NCBI GenBank assembly: GCA_951406725.2
Contig: OX597827.1
Location: forward strand, 37,200,001 to 37,264,000
Length of the DNA: 64,000 nt
From: Octopus vulgaris
Taxonomy: Eukaryota
Direction of reading: 5' to 3'
Shown: piece after piece, positions 1 through 14,889 of the stretch
Numbering within the stretch: the first letter of the stretch is position 1
Layout: each line of letters opens with the position of its first letter
Position numbers and translations under genes: made by a program
The notes under the pieces: model-generated
What the model was told of the DNA's origin: nothing
Seen by the model: only the letters and a program-made list of their open reading frames with translations
The model's database searches: none

Positions 1-465
1 CTCCCCACTTAGCCTTCCTTGATTCCTTGCCCTATTCTGTTTCTGTCCAACTTCTTGTACTCTGCAAGTACACCCTGATACATCATATTCACCATCATTT
101 CTCTCTTTCCTACAGGGGTAGCCATGTATCTCTTTTACAGCAAGACACTTGTTCCTGTCCCTCTTTCTTACTTTAGCCTCCCTATACCTAGCAAAAATCA
201 CCTCCCTCAATACTGCACTTCCACACACACTTTGTAAAGAGGTCTTGTCTTGTGAGTTATTTGGTGACATCACTACTGCAGGTACCACAAAAATGTTCCC
301 GATTTACTGAGAAAAGTGGTTGACATCAGCAAAATATTCAACTGTAGAAACCTTACCAGAACCCAAAATAGACATTAGAAACTAATACAGAGCTTAGGCT
401 AGTCAGATCCTGTTGAACCATCCAACCCATGCTTGCATAGGATATAAACATTAAATGATGATCAG
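1..465 (+). mobile_element. Decayed 3' UTR and tail of an RTE-type LINE
   Basis: Degenerate version of the tail seen at 7795-8118, 53490-53990 and 60940-61118 (GTGGTTGGC..AACTGTAGAAAC..TCCAACCCATGC..AAATGATGAT). Confidence 0.55.
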
Positions 466-1462
466 GAGGAGGAGGATAATTTCCATTACTGTTTAATGAG
501 GAATTTTTAATTACCAACTGGTTAAAATAGTTTATGTCCCACTAAATGAATTTACCATAGCTTTAAATATAGTTAATTAAAAAGCAGCACTTATTCATCA
601 ACACTAAAACTTTATAAACAATTGCAACCTTTCTTGTAATTGCTTAGTTTATACAATGGATACTGAAAATAATAAAACGTCCTGTGCTATTGCATGGAAT
701 GGATGACTACATCACATCTTCTGAGCACGAAAATTGAATACTTGGATATGAAATGCATTTTCCAAGTTTGTTTTTGCAACTAATTCTAATTAGATTTCCT
801 GTTGCTGTTTTGTCTCAAGTCTTGTTAGAGCTTACTCATGACATTTCAGTCATGACCATCCCATGGTCATATGTATTTTTATTCTTTTAAAAGCAGTAAA
901 GTGTGATTTTGGAGAGATTTGTCTGCTACTTCTAGCAGGGTAAACAACTGCATGTTGGTTATCTTTGCAGCAGCTACAGGTGAATAAATATTTGTGAGCC
1001 ACCCCACAATCTACCTTTCTTTGAGAATCTGTCTCTCTGTCTGTGTCTCTCTGTCTGCCTGCTTGTCAGTCTGCCCATCTGTCATTCTGTTTTGTTTATT
1101 GTTTGTTTATCTGGCTTATTGCATGTCTGCCACTGGATGTAGACAAAAATAAATAACCAAAACAAAAGATCTCTGTCTATGCCTCTGATTTCTGCTGTTG
1201 CTCCAGTTCTTGTCATTGTTGCATCAACAGCAGTAGAGTTAATGGTGGTGATGGCAATGGTTGTACTGCTGCTAGCTATAGTAGTGGTTGTAGTAATAGT
1301 AGTACATTACTACAACTGTTGAAAACCTCAAAACTTACATGTCTGTTTTCCACCTTATTACTATCTCTACTACTGCCGGTATCTTTCAGATACAGTTCAC
1401 TTCATCATTTCAACTAGAACATTCCTTCACTACCACCACCCCTTACTTCCTTCTGAAAATTC

Positions 1463-1830
1463 TGATATATATATACATATATAGATGAATGTATGTGTAT
1501 GGATATATGTGTATGAATGTATGTGTATGCTTACATACACATATATACATATATGTGTGTCTTTCTCTCTATATATATGCATGCATGTATGTACATTTGT
1601 ATATGTGACAAACACATTTATGATATATATGTGTGTATATGCAAATATGCATGTGTACACACAGATACATATATATATATATATATATATACACATACAC
1701 ACATATGTATATACATGTATATATGCATATACACACACATATATACATATATGCAAATAAATAAAAGTACATTTAAATATATATGCATATATGTGTATGC
1801 GTGTGTGTGTGCTCATGTGTGTGTGTTTAA
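1463..1830. repeat. Compound (TA)/(TG)/(CA) microsatellite
   Basis: Visible dinucleotide tracts that generate the spurious YIYI/VCVC ORFs. Confidence 0.95.
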
Positions 1831-1953
1831 CTTTGTATTTGTGACAGTTCTCCACTGACAGCATGGTCTGACATATTGGCAAAAATATCCAGGAGATACT
1901 AGAAAAGTTTTGTGTCAATCTTTCCCTGGGCTGTCTTGTTTAATTTTTTATCA

Positions 1954-1993
<40 letters not shown>

Positions 1994-2090
1994 TTACTAA
2001 CAATGCCACCACCACCACAACCATCATCACCATCAACATTCAAAAATGACATGCTAACTGATCAAATGCCATTCTTAGTAAGTACATGTA

Positions 2091-3355
2091 CAGGGGTTGG
2101 ACAAAATAATGGAAACACCTTAAAATTTCAAACAAATTTATTTTAATATGGGATAGAACTGCTTTTGGAAGTAATTACAACATGAATTCTATGAGGTATG
2201 GACTCATACAAAGTTTGAATTGTTTCCATAGGAATTTTTGTCCATTCTTCAGCTAAAACAGTCTCCAGTTCATGTAGTGATGATGGTGGAGGATATCGAC
2301 TCCTTACTTGTTTTTCTAAAATGCACCATAAATGTTCAATAATATTGAGATCTGGGGACTGTGGTGGCCAGATAAGATGTTCAACTTCACTCAAATATTT
2401 CTTGTGCCATTCAGTAACAACTTTAGCTGTGTGAATTGGTGCATTATCATCCTGAAAGATTGAGTTTCCTTTTGGAAACAGTTCCGCAACCATAGGATGA
2501 ATTTGATTAGATAAAATGCTTGAATAGTCTTGACTATTAATTCTGCCATAAAGGGAAACTATTAGGTGAGTAGATTTTCAAGATATATCCCCCCAGGTCT
2601 TCACAGATCCTCTTCCATGTTTAACAGTTGGAAGAAGGCAGTCTGAGTCAAATGCTTCTTTCGGCTGTCTCCACATGTATACTCGGCTGGTGGTCAGAAA
2701 TAAGATCAAAGATGACTTGTCTGAGAAAATGACATTCTTCAACTGCTCCATGGACCAATTCTGTAGGTTTTTACTCCATTTTAAATGCTTTGCAACGTTT
2801 GTTTTTGAAAGTAGTGGTTTTCTGATTGCAGCCATCCCATTAAATCCAGCTTTGTGCAGCTCCTGGTGAACAGCTTTTTGTGGAAACTGCGTTCTTGAGG
2901 TGATCATTAAGCTCTGCAGTAATTTTGGGAGTTGTACTTTTGTGATCCTTTCTAAAAATTTGTGTATGAGTCCGACAGTCCCTATCTGGAAGTTTTGGTT
3001 TTCTGCCGGAATTTTGTTTTGACGAGGAGGTTTTTCCCTCTTTCTCAAAGGCTGTCATTACTTTTGAGACAGTACTTCTTGATACACCAAACATTTCGAC
3101 TTTTTTCATTACACTAGTGCCTGCCATACAAGCACCAACAATTTGAAAGTCTGATAGATTTGTCATTTTAATGAATTTTAATTACCTTTCTCTGGTGATA
3201 TCTGAAAAGAAACAGCAATTTTAGCAAAACATATTAAGCAACACTAATAATAAATCAAAAAACACAAAAATAAACAAGCTTTTGACGGTTTTATAGATAT
3301 TTCAAAATTATGATGCTATGAATGTAGTTATTTCCATTATTTTGTCCAACCCATG
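2091..3355 (-). mobile_element. Full-length Tc1-family DNA transposon, inactive
   Basis: 25-bp TIRs CAGGGGTTGGACAAAATAATGGAAA (2091) and TTTCCATTATTTTGTCCAACCCATG (3331-3355), one mismatch; TA on both sides (2089-90, 3356-57). Confidence 0.95.
2143..3166 (-). pseudogene. Tc1 DD34E-type transposase, frameshifted and with stops
   Basis: Three ORF pieces: HTH with SGRKPKL, RKPLLS..VIFSDKS, and FQDDNAPIH..WPPQSPDLNIIEHLW. Confidence 0.93.
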
Positions 3356-3857
3356 TATATATGTATGTGTATAGATGTATACACGTACACATCTATATGT
3401 TTTTGTATACATACATACATACATACATACATACATACATACTTACATATATATATATATATATATATTATATTAAATTAGAGCTAAAACCACTATATAT
3501 TAAAAATATATATATATATATATATATTTGTGTGTTCATGTATATTTGTATTTGTTATATGTATGTGCGTGTGTATCTGTATGTGTGTGTGTATGTATTA
3601 ATGTTTGTTTTTATGCTCACTTATAATAATAATTTTACATTAATCTGATGGGCTACATTTGTAGCATACAAATTTATTATTTTTACACAAGAATGTTGTT
3701 GACAGTGAATTTGAAGTTTTGGTCAGCTAAACCATTTGATGATGGCTTACTGACCAAAACTTTGAAGCTGCTGTCAACAACATTCTTGTTTAAGAATAAT
3801 ATATGTGTGTGTGTTTGCATGTATGTGTATTTGTATGTATATATGCATATGATCAGA

Positions 3858-4790
3858 TGGATGGGTAAATCAGTGTGCACATACAACAAAGTGTAAGTGA
3901 TTTAAGAGAAAAATAGGATATAAGAGGCATCAAATGTTGTGTGCAAGAGAGAAGACCACACTGGTGTGGTCTTGTGAAGCATATTGATGAGGACAGCTGA
4001 ATATAGAAGCGCCAATCTCTAAGAGAGGAGGGAAACTGTGGAAGGGTTAGACCCAGGAAGATGTGGCAAGAAGTGTTGAGAAATGATCTTCACTGGGGCT
4101 GTGCCTGAGATGTTGCATCAAGCTAAGTAAAACCATGACCATCCATACATACAGGCATGTCATCCACAGCCAGCACCCCTCCCCCTTGCACACATATTTC
4201 TGTGCTCTGTCAATTCCCCCTCCTCGCAAACCATCTTCCCCATACCCCCATCACTTAATGCAGCCCCCCCCCCTCCACTGTCCCTCATGTACCTATCCAC
4301 ACACTCTCCATGATCTTACATATCTACCATACTCCATCCCAGCCAATTCCAATTCCTCTCAGCACCACCTGCTAACATCTACTATATCCCCTCTACACCA
4401 CTCCTTTCAACATCACTTTCTATCTCTAATCGGCTCCCCTCCCACTCTTATGGAACATCCCCTATATTCTCTCTTTACTACTTATACTCCTCCACCCATT
4501 GTTCCCTGTGGGTGGGCCATCTCTCTCTCTCTCTCTTACTCTGATTGTCTCTCTATATATCTCTCTCTCCCTAACTCCCTCCCATCTTCCTCTCCTTCCT
4601 TGTCCTACTGAGATACCCAAGTATCTTCTCTGTTAGTAAGAGGGCTATTTCTGTTATTCTTTTATACTCTAATCCCAAGCATGGCATAAAGCCACTTCTA
4701 TCAGTTCCACTCCCTCTCTCAGCTGAGAAGTCTTCGTCTTGCAAGTTACTTCATGACCCTGTGTGTGCTGGTGCCACATAAAAAACATCC
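3858..4790 (+). mobile_element. Decayed RTE LINE: ORF C-terminus plus pyrimidine-rich 3' UTR
   Basis: 3900-4090 translates as LREK.IRGIKCCVQERR..GRVRPRKMWQEV.RNDL, homologous to 25040-25240. Confidence 0.65.
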
Positions 4791-4830
4791 ATGTTGGATA
4801 TCCTTGTTACTTATTTTGAGTATATATCTC

Positions 4831-5219
4831 TTTTACTCTTTTACTTGTTTCAGTCATTTGACTGCGGCCATGCTGGAGCACCGCCTTTAATCGAGCAACT
4901 CAACCCCGGGATTTATTCTTTTGTAAGCCCAGTGCTTATTCTATCGGTCTCTTTTGCCGAACTGCTAAGTAACAGGGACATAAACACACCAGCATCAGTT
5001 GTCAAGCAATGCTAGGGGGACAAACACAGACACACAAACACACACACGCATATATATATATACGACGGGCTTCTTTCAGTTTCCATCTACCAAATCCACT
5101 CACAAGGCTTTGGTCAGCCCGAGGCTATAGTAGAAGACACTTGCCCAAGGTGCCACGCATTAGGACTGAACCCGGAACCATGTGGTTGGTAAACAAGCTA
5201 CTTACCACACAGCCACTCC
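4831..5219 (-). mobile_element. tRNA-derived SINE, family 1, with internal (TA)/(TG) tract
   Basis: Head GGAGTGGCTGTGTGGTAAG..GGTTCAGTCC (A/B boxes) and tail ATGACTGAAACAAGTAAAAGAGTAAA; homologous to 14181-14605 and 48127-48516. Confidence 0.88.
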
Positions 5220-5234
5220 ATATATATATATTTA

Positions 5235-5820
5235 CACTCTGGCCAAAATAAGTGAAAGACCAATGATGACAGTTCTATTCCTTCATTAATTTTTTTCAAA
5301 TAAAACTATATGAGATTATTTTACTTTTTACAGTTTAAGTAGAATTTTTTTGCTCTTTCAAATGATACAGGTGTTATAAATCCTTCTACAATTCAAATAA
5401 TTTTAATTCACAATTAATTCAAATGATTAAAACTTGTCAGCAAAATAAATTTAAGACTGTAACAAATTATTTTGTTTAAATTGAAAATTTATGGCACAAA
5501 TGATCAATAAACAAAAATGTATTATTAGTCCCAGAGCCATTATTTTCAATTACGGCTTTACAATGGTGGGAACATGAAATTTGACAAATGCACGCAAAAA
5601 TCGGTTGGCCTGTTCTGCCATATTTCTTCGATAAAATTATATAATTGGAGCAAATTTGTTAGTTTTTTAGCATGAACTCTTTTAGAAACATAATTCCATA
5701 AATTTTCTATTGGATTCAAATCTGGGCTCTGCAGAGGCCACTCAGTAACCACTATATTATTGCACTCAAAATATTGCAAAACTTTCCTAGCCTTATGAAC
5801 GGGGCAATTGTGAGTCATTC
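5235..5820 (-). mobile_element. Tc1 3' fragment with transposase C-terminus (5558-5818)
   Basis: HNCPVHKAR..EWPLQSPDLNPIENLW; TA|CACTCTGGCCAAAA is a plausible TIR end at 5235. Confidence 0.85.
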
Positions 5821-6620
5821 ATGAACTGCATTGCATATCTTCAACCAAAACTGATGGATCCCATCTGGGCTGGGAATTTGCCAGTTTGGTTCCTTAGCCA
5901 CTTGATCCTTCACATCCTTCAATTCACAGTAAGATTTCTTTGTCTATTTCCTCCTCACAATTCTGTCTTGATGATTTCTATCCACTTAGTATCTTTTCTG
6001 GCATTTCCTCATTCCAGAACACTCTGGCCTGGTGAGCATTAGGAACAGCATCCGTCCCACAGTCTCATTCAAAAATGCAGGAGAATTGTTTTTAAGTTAT
6101 TTGGAATAATATATTCTTCTCAAACTTTTTATTTCTGTTCACACATCTTCTTATCTTCTGGCTTTACATCAAAATCTTGTTTTAATTGTTCCATCAATGT
6201 ATAAAATCCATTGTTCCATAGTTTGTTTCTTGTCTGATGTCTCCTGATCAGCCTTTTCCCCATTTTCCCTTTCTCCCTATAAGCCATTGCTCAATTTTAC
6301 TTAAATCTTGTCTTGACCACATTATGTCATTTCCTATGCATCACTTACATCATGGTTCTTTTTTGCCTTACCCTGTTTCAGTCAGTTGTAATTTCTCCTC
6401 AACAAATACAGCAATAGCTTGGATAAGATTCCTTGCATTACGTCCCCTATCTGAATATGTGGTATAACTGTATTCATCTTTTTTATAATTTCATATATCA
6501 TAGTCCTATCAACCCTTTTCATATTCATTGGGATTTTTCATGAGCATTCATCAAATCAACTATCCATCTTTGTAATTCAAGCAATTCCTCATCTAATTGG
6601 CTCCCTCCACTGCAGTTCAT
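5820..6620 (-). mobile_element. R4/Dong-like non-LTR retrotransposon fragment
   Basis: Minus strand reads PNWQIPSPDGIHQFWL, matching PNWKVPSPDGAEGFWL at about 40300. Confidence 0.6.
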
Positions 6621-6629
6621 TATTATTTG

Positions 6630-6815
6630 TTAGCACAACGGACAGAATGCTTATGGGTATTTAATCTGCATTTACATTCTGGGTTCAAATTCCACTGAGG
6701 TCAACTTTGTCTTTCATCCTTTTAAGCTCAATAAAATAAGAGCCACTCATGTGGTTGCAAAATCAACTAGCTCCCTCCCCCAGAAATTCAGGCCTATAAT
6801 AGAAAGGATAATTAT
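6630..6815 (+). mobile_element. SINE, family 2, decayed
   Basis: B-box GGTTCAAATTCC followed by GAGGTCAACTTTGTCTTTCATCCT; related pieces at 7420-7590 (-) and 8225-8275. Confidence 0.6.
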
Positions 6816-6816
6816 C

Positions 6817-7071
<255 letters not shown>

Positions 7072-7589
7072 TGACCTGTTTTATTTCCAGCTTTATTGTT
7101 CATTAAACTTTGGATTAAACTGGACATTATTACATAAGTTTGTCACTCCAAGATTCTTTTGGTAAGTAAATCATTTTTATTTTAAAATAATATTCTTATT
7201 TCCTTGAATTTTTTATTTCGTATTTTTTAAGTCAGAAGTGAAGGCAATGTTCAAAATGTGTTATAGAGTATTGATGGAAGGGCAGTAGGAGAGTGTCCTT
7301 AAACTGGAAACTTGGTCCAAAATTCTTGCAACAGAGTGGACTCCACTAAAGGCACATATGGAACTACTAGGTGGTGGTATTAATCTGGAGTGTTGAATAA
7401 AGTCTAGCATTCAGGAAGGTCCTGGCAGGATTTGAATTCAGAATGAAAACAGCTGGAATAAACACAGTAAGCTATCTGGTCCAATGTTCCACCAACCCAC
7501 TACCTTGGACTGGTACCTTTTTAATGTCTCTTAAAGGATGAAAGGCCAAGGGGACTTTTGATTTTTATAGGATTTGAACACAGAGTGTT

Positions 7590-8118
7590 TGCTCCCCCCC
7601 TCCAACATCACTTGACAACTGATGCGGGTGTGTTTACATCCCCGTAATTTAGTGGTTCGGCAAAAGAAACCGATAGAATAAGTACTAGGCTTACAAAAGA
7701 ATAAGTCCTGTGATCGATTTGCTTGACTAAAGGTGGTGCTCCAGTATGGCCGCAGTCAAATGACTGAAACAAATAAAAAAAGAATGAAAAAAAAGAGTGG
7801 CATGTAAAAGGCACCATTCGAGCATGATCATTACCAGGATCGCCTTACTGGCACCTGTGTCGGTGGCATGTGTAAAAAGATTCTAGCATGGTCGTTGCCA
7901 GTACCACCTGACTGGCCCCGTGCCGGTGGCACGTAAAAGCACCCACTACACTCTCGGAGTGGTTGGCATTAGGTAGGGCATCCAACTGTAGAAACTCTGC
8001 CAGATCAAGATTAGAGCCTGGTGCAGCTGTCTGGTTCGCCAGCCCTCAGTCAAAATCGTCCAACCCATGCTAGTATGGAAAGCGGACTTTTAAACGATGA
8101 TGATGATGATGATGATGA
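7590..8118 (+). mobile_element. 3' half of SINE family 1 followed by an RTE 3' tail ending in (GAT)n
   Basis: 7590-7795 matches 14410-14600; 7795-8118 has about three GGCACGTAAAAGCACC-type units and the tail shared with 60940-61118. Confidence 0.8.
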
Positions 8119-9879
8119 TATTTAGCTGCATCTCATTAAGTTTTTCAAGCAAATCACAAGGCCATCTCTACATTTCATCTGCCCATGGCCAATGAAATGA
8201 AAAACTAGATCCAATTTAAATGACTAACCTCTCCCCCAAATTTCAGGCTTTGTGCCTATATTAGAAAGAATTATCATTGCTTTTGTAGTTAATGTTATTG
8301 ATGTTAACTCAACAACTCAACATCGCCATTAGTATTATAATTATTACTTAATCTTTGTTATGTTGCTCATTCTCTTCCTCAGCCTTCATCACACGGTCTA
8401 TAACTTCATTTTCTCTACTGCACTTTTTAACCTCCATTAAAACAGAAGACAGGTGCTTGTTAGGAGAAGGTCGATGTTTACTATGTTTTCTATCTATTTT
8501 CAGTCATATATCAATTCATTTTTCACCTGCCATTATTCTTTTGTAGTTAGTTCTATAATCCTGCACTAGATATTTCTTTAATGACTTCCTAATTCCTGTA
8601 CATCCCTTTTGTTTGTGTATGGTAAATATAATCTCTGAATTTCTGCTTCAGGCATGTGGCACTCTAAATACTGTGATTATCTTTCTATATATTCTGCTAT
8701 CTTTTATTACACCTCTGTCTATCAACAGTTATTACTGTTATTGTTACAATTATTGAACTAGTTAACCTCATCTTTCTATCGAGACTGATGCTGTGATTCA
8801 TCTTCTTAGCTGCCATAATAATGTCTAAGTATGTATGCATGCATGTATATGTATGTACATATGTATGTGTATGTATGTGCATATGTGTACGTAATGTGTG
8901 CATGTGAATATATGTATGTGTGTATATATATATATATATATATGTATACATAGGTATGCAAGTATGAGTGAGCTAAAAGTTATTTGAGTATACACTTGTT
9001 TACATATATGTATGTATGCAAATACACACACACGCATACATGCACACATATAAATTAGTCTATCAATGGTGTCTATGCATTAATTATGATACATAGATGC
9101 CTATTTTCATTTAATACTGCCTCAGATGCACAACTCAGACTTTTATTCAGCCAAGTGGCTATTCACTACATTAGTGACTGTTTCTTATATGGGTACGTTT
9201 CTTATATGGGTAGATGATGATTAATTGTCCAGTCATGTGCCGCAAGCACCTGTCATTGAAAAGGCCTAAAAGGAATGAAATGCCTGTAGTATTTTCATTG
9301 GACACTACATCAGAGGTATTTTTCATCTACCTCTGATGCATATTGTTTTTGTAACACAGTATGTCTACAAGAGATATTATCTGAGGATGACTACTGCAGT
9401 AACTAGAACTTTGAGGTATCTCTATACATTAGGTATCATACATAGATGGCTATATGCATGCATGTATGCACATGCCCATGAACACGTGTGCACACACACA
9501 CACACGCACAAAGTAAACATAGATGGCATTTAAAATTTAGAACAGCTGTTTCAGTAGAATTTTATTTAATGTAATTGTAAAAGATAATATCATAATATAC
9601 AACCCACCATCACCAGGTAAAATTTTAAATAGGTAATTTTAAATGGCTATGTTCAGACTATGTCCATTTCTTGGCTATGTGATCATACCTAACCATTTCT
9701 GGTGTCCTGTTTATGTGTCTTGATTCTTAAGAATTGCATATAGATACACACACAGACACACACACACACACATATATATATATACTTACATTAAGGGTAT
9801 TACTATACATAAATGCCTCATGCTAGGAGGGACTCTTAAAGTCAAAACTACCATAATAAATAAACACATTGTACCAAAC

Positions 9880-10280
9880 TCTGCTGTAATTGTCTTCTTA
9901 ACTGGTTGCAAAACCACTGTCTGCATTGCTTAAAATTCTTGTGATTGTTTTCTGTCAGATTCTTAGAAAACCATTTTACAAGTTTAGCCACTTCTTCAAG
10001 CCAATACAGATGCCAGTGAATTATTCAGTTACTTGAATTCAACTCCTAGGCTAATTCTTCAACCATCACAGTGCTACTTCACTCAAATTCTGACAAAAGC
10101 AGGTTTTCATTAAACTGAAGAGGATGACCTGTCCATGGAGTACCCTTTAAGATGAAATTCTTCGAACTATCTTTCACTACTTCTTTTGTTTAAGTATTCC
10201 TCACTATAAATACCATGAATATTTTGCATGGCTTCTGTCACATTGCTTTTCCTGCCTTAAATGCCCCTTGGACATGTTCA
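9880..10280 (-). mobile_element. Old mariner transposase N-terminal (HTH) relic
   Basis: Minus strand AFKAGKSNVTEAMQNIHGIYSEEYLNKRSSER*FEEF resembles the mariner HTH pattern FKxGxxATEAxxxIxxVYGE..RWFxxF. Confidence 0.5.
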
Positions 10281-10601
10281 TATTTAGGAGGGTCAAAGTA
10301 ATAAGTGAATTGGATAATTCATATTGTAATGACATGAATCTCTTCTTGGCAACTGCATGACGTCATGGTAATATGTACTGTTGTCATTCAGGTATTTGGA
10401 AACAGTGAAATTATCTCACTTGTAGATATCAGATTCCAGCCATTACTTATGGGATTACCTGATAGCTGTTAACACAAACATTAAAATAATCAATAAATAT
10501 AACAGAGTGAATCTATATAAATTAATATTAGTGATAATACATTGTAACTTCATGTTTCATGCTATAATATAAATGACTGTCTGTCTGTCTGATTGTATGT
10601 A

Positions 10602-10648
<47 letters not shown>

Positions 10649-12138
10649 ATCCATCTACATCTTTATCTATCATATATTTAACGTTTTCCCCATGCTTGAA
10701 TGGATTGAACAGATCTTATCTGTCACAGCATTTCAACTCTTTTTCCAGTATTTTGCCTGTATGAGTTTTATCCTCTTGAGATATCCATTTACCACTTCTT
10801 TTTAATCTTCCTGTTATGTCTGTGTATGTGTGTATACACACACAGACATAACTCACACAAAACATGATACACACACATGTTACACACACTCACACATAAC
10901 ATAGTTTGGTGTATTCAAAGAACTTTCGGAAATGGTAAAAAAGCGACAATTGGTAGATTAGATAAATGGTTTAACTTCCTTATGAAAGCAACTTGTTATT
11001 TCTAATAAAAGAATTATGAAAAGGAATAAGAATGAGAATAAAAATATATCTGCATAATTCCTTAGTCAAAAAAAAAAATTGTTCTATTAACAAATTGTTA
11101 GAAAGACAAACTGTATGATTAGAGATTATAACAAAGATAATGTGCACATATCCAAAACTTACCACTTTACATCTGCATATGTACAGTATTTAATTTAAGG
11201 TGGTTGTGTTCAGTTAAGTAAAATGAACCTATCCACTTGTCTGCATTTGCAGAAACACTTCAAGCATAGCATTTGAATATATCCTATATTCTGCAGTCCT
11301 TAGGATATATCTGGTACTGCCATTTTTATACAGCCTTTATTTTACAATCATCCTCTACCTGATGTTACAGTCCAGTTTTATCTTTTAAAGACCAGCTTAA
11401 AAGCTTTGTTGTATTTCAGTCACAATGTTCTTGAAAAAAGAAACATGATTGTAAAATCTTTTTTTTTAACTTCCCTTCTGACATGTCAATATAACATCTT
11501 ATGGTTGCATTCTTACTTGCTAAATGTTATGTCAAACAGCAAAAACCATCCTGAGTTTGATCTGTAAGCTCATTCACACTTATTATACTTAATTTGAAGA
11601 AAGAAAAAAATAAACAAAATCTATTTAGTTTTCACTAAAGTATTCTTTATTTGAAGATGAAATTGGGTTAATGAATAAGTATGTAGTTTTGTCATTATTG
11701 TGGAGGTTGTTTGAATTTGATACACATGTAGTGTGTTTGAATGATGTACATATGCGAGAGAAATGGAATCTATATGGTTCCAAACACACACACACACACA
11801 CACACACATACACATGCACGTACGCACACATGTGCATACACATAATTGGTATAAATTTTCATTTAACCACCTTATGAAAAGTTGATTGCACTTAAATGAC
11901 AGGCTGTTTCTCTCTCCCAGAAAATATCAGTGTGACTACTTTCAATATTCTAGCAAGGCTGAAAGAAGAGTGTTTACTAAATCCATTTGCTTGGAATTTT
12001 ACCATACATATCTACTTATTTTACCCACTGTATAGCACTTCAATAAATTCATGTTGCCATCAATTGTACTATTATGAAAATTAGGCAGAGCAGTTTATTT
12101 GTCAGGGTTTGTCTGCACTGTAAACAGCTGTTAACCAC

Positions 12139-12243
<105 letters not shown>

Positions 12244-14180
12244 TCAACAGTATAAAGTAAACCAACCTCTATAGAAGTATTAGTGATGAAACCAGCCAGA
12301 ATAATTTCATTTCCTGGCTTCAAAAAGAGAAAACCTATGGGTTTACTACACTGTCTAATTTTCACAGATGTACAAAATGATCATTACTGGAAACTCTTTT
12401 TAATTCACCTTACATTTCTCCACACGTACACATGGACAAGACACACATATTGTGTATATTAGCTCAGGCCACCTTACATCTCATTATCCAAAGATCCATG
12501 CACATAGACTGTCTTCAGACAAAAATGGTTAGTGTTAGGGTCAGATCCCTAAAAAATTGTGTATTATTCAGAGCTTTCCCTCAAGACTTTTCTCTGAAGA
12601 TTGTTACGGCAGAGAAAGATTGTTGTAGGTAATTCTGAGTAGTGAGATGTAAAGTAGTTTCCACTAACAGATGCAATAAATTCACTTGACTCAAGATAGC
12701 TTTTCTGTTTGATTATATCAACCCCAGAGTTTATTTCAGTTTGGTTATTGATTTTACCATTTTCTATTTGTAAAACTCCTATGTTATAGCATAAGAAAAC
12801 AGAATGGTGTAAATATACACATAAGTCGACACAGCCACATACATGCTCATTTATATATACATAGGTATGTTTGTATAGATGGCTTTATTAAGTATGCACT
12901 TATTATGAGCTTCTACATTTTCAGCTGCCAAGTTACACTCACAAGACTTTGTTCAGCTCAACACTTCAGCAGAAGCCCTTTGCATTTCATGACTGTGAAG
13001 TAAATGCTTTAATCAGTCAGTCAAGACTTTGCATGTGCGTGCACACATGCATGCATGCATGCAAACACACACACACACAAACACACACACACAGAGAATG
13101 AAAATTGTTGAAATGCATTTCACACTTGAAAAAAAACTCATTTGACATTTATTTCTTTATTTAAAAAAACAAACTTATTTGACATTACTTGACTGGTTTC
13201 AGAATTTCGTGATCTTCGAAAGTAGTGCGACATGAAAATATCTGGATTATGTTGTATTTGTCTCGACTCTGATAATTTGAAAATTTGCTGCTTTTTAATA
13301 GAGAAATTACAGCTCACATTGCCTCAGATGAGGTTCAGTTTTGGTTGATTGAAGCTATTGATGAGGTCAGAGAGTTACTGACAGTATGACAAATAGTTGC
13401 ACCAAAAGTTATGGCTGTACTAGGCCACTAAATGTGTCATGTAATAGCATGGATAATAATTGCTGTCTGCATTTGTAACTTAGATGACATGACAATTTGG
13501 AAGATTATCATGCTAAAAATCAAGACTGTGTTAATCCAATGAATGTGTACATGATAGTATGAACAAGAAGTTGACAGAATAGTTTAAAATGGAGAAACAT
13601 CTTACGTGCTTATGAATATGATTGTGTGTGAGAATTTATTATTTCTGTCCAATATGCCACAGCTTATTCTTTTGGAGTGTGTGTTTTAATAAACATATTT
13701 TATTTGTTTGCTGTACATAAGATTAAATGTTCACTTAGCAGAATCTTTCTTGTATCCTGATACAAGAACGATTTATTGCCAATAAATATTGTTTTTCAAT
13801 ACAAGTTTCATTTATCTTACATAATCCTTGTTACAACCATTACATATAATCATATAATAGCATAAATAAAATGTTTTTATGAATAGGTGAAGTGATTTTT
13901 TGGCAGTTATCTAAACTTCATAAGACAGTGGTTTTGTTACCTTCTTTCAGGAGGGGGTTTGGTTGGTCCAAGTCAGCTATTATAAAGTTTGGTGCATTTC
14001 AGAATGAATTTCAGCAGTCTCCAATGTTGCTGAGTTTGTGTGTTTTACAGGCTAGATTTAGTACAATTAGTCTTAATTTAAAATTGTTGAATGTAGTAGT
14101 ATGTTATTCATGTTTTGAATTTGGAGGAGACCATATATTGATCGTTTTGCCTTAAAATTTCGTTAATAAACATTTTCAAT

Positions 14181-14605
14181 AGGCGTAGGAATGGCTGTGT
14201 GGTAAGTAGCTTGTCTACCAACCACATGGTTCCGGGTTCAGTCCTACTGCATGGCATCTTGGGCAAGTGTCTTCTACTATAGCCTCGAGCTGACCAAAGC
14301 CTTGTTAGTGGATTTGGTAGACGGAAACTAAAAAGAAGCCTGTCGTATATATATATATATATATTTATGCATGTGTGTGTATATGTTTGTGTATCTGTGT
14401 TTGTCCCACCAACTTCGCATGACAACGGATGCTGGTGTGTTTACGTCCCCGTAACTTAGCGGTTCGGCATAAGAGACCAATAGAATAAGTACTAGGCTTA
14501 CAAAGAATAAGTCCTGGGGTCGATTTGCTTGACTAAAGGCAGTGCTCCAGCATGGCCACAGTCACATGACTGAAACAAGTAAAAAGTAAAAGTAAGTAAA
14601 AAGTA
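14181..14605 (+). mobile_element. Full-length SINE, family 1
   Basis: A/B boxes, central TA/TG tract and (AAAAGT)n tail. Confidence 0.9.
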
Positions 14606-14889
14606 ATACAGATAAATGAAGATGCTAAATTTCGTCATTGATTTTAATGATTTATCTTTTATTTTTTACTTATTTCAGTCATTGGACTGTGAACATGCTG
14701 GGACACTGCCTAGAAATGTTTAGTCAAACAAATCAACCCCAGTACTCACTTTTTTTAAGCCTAGCACTTACTCAGTTGATCTCATTTTGCTGGACTGCTA
14801 GACTATGGCAATGTAAACAAACCAGCACTAGTTGTCAAATGGTTGTGTGAGATGAACACAAACACAAGATCACACGCATAGATAACAGT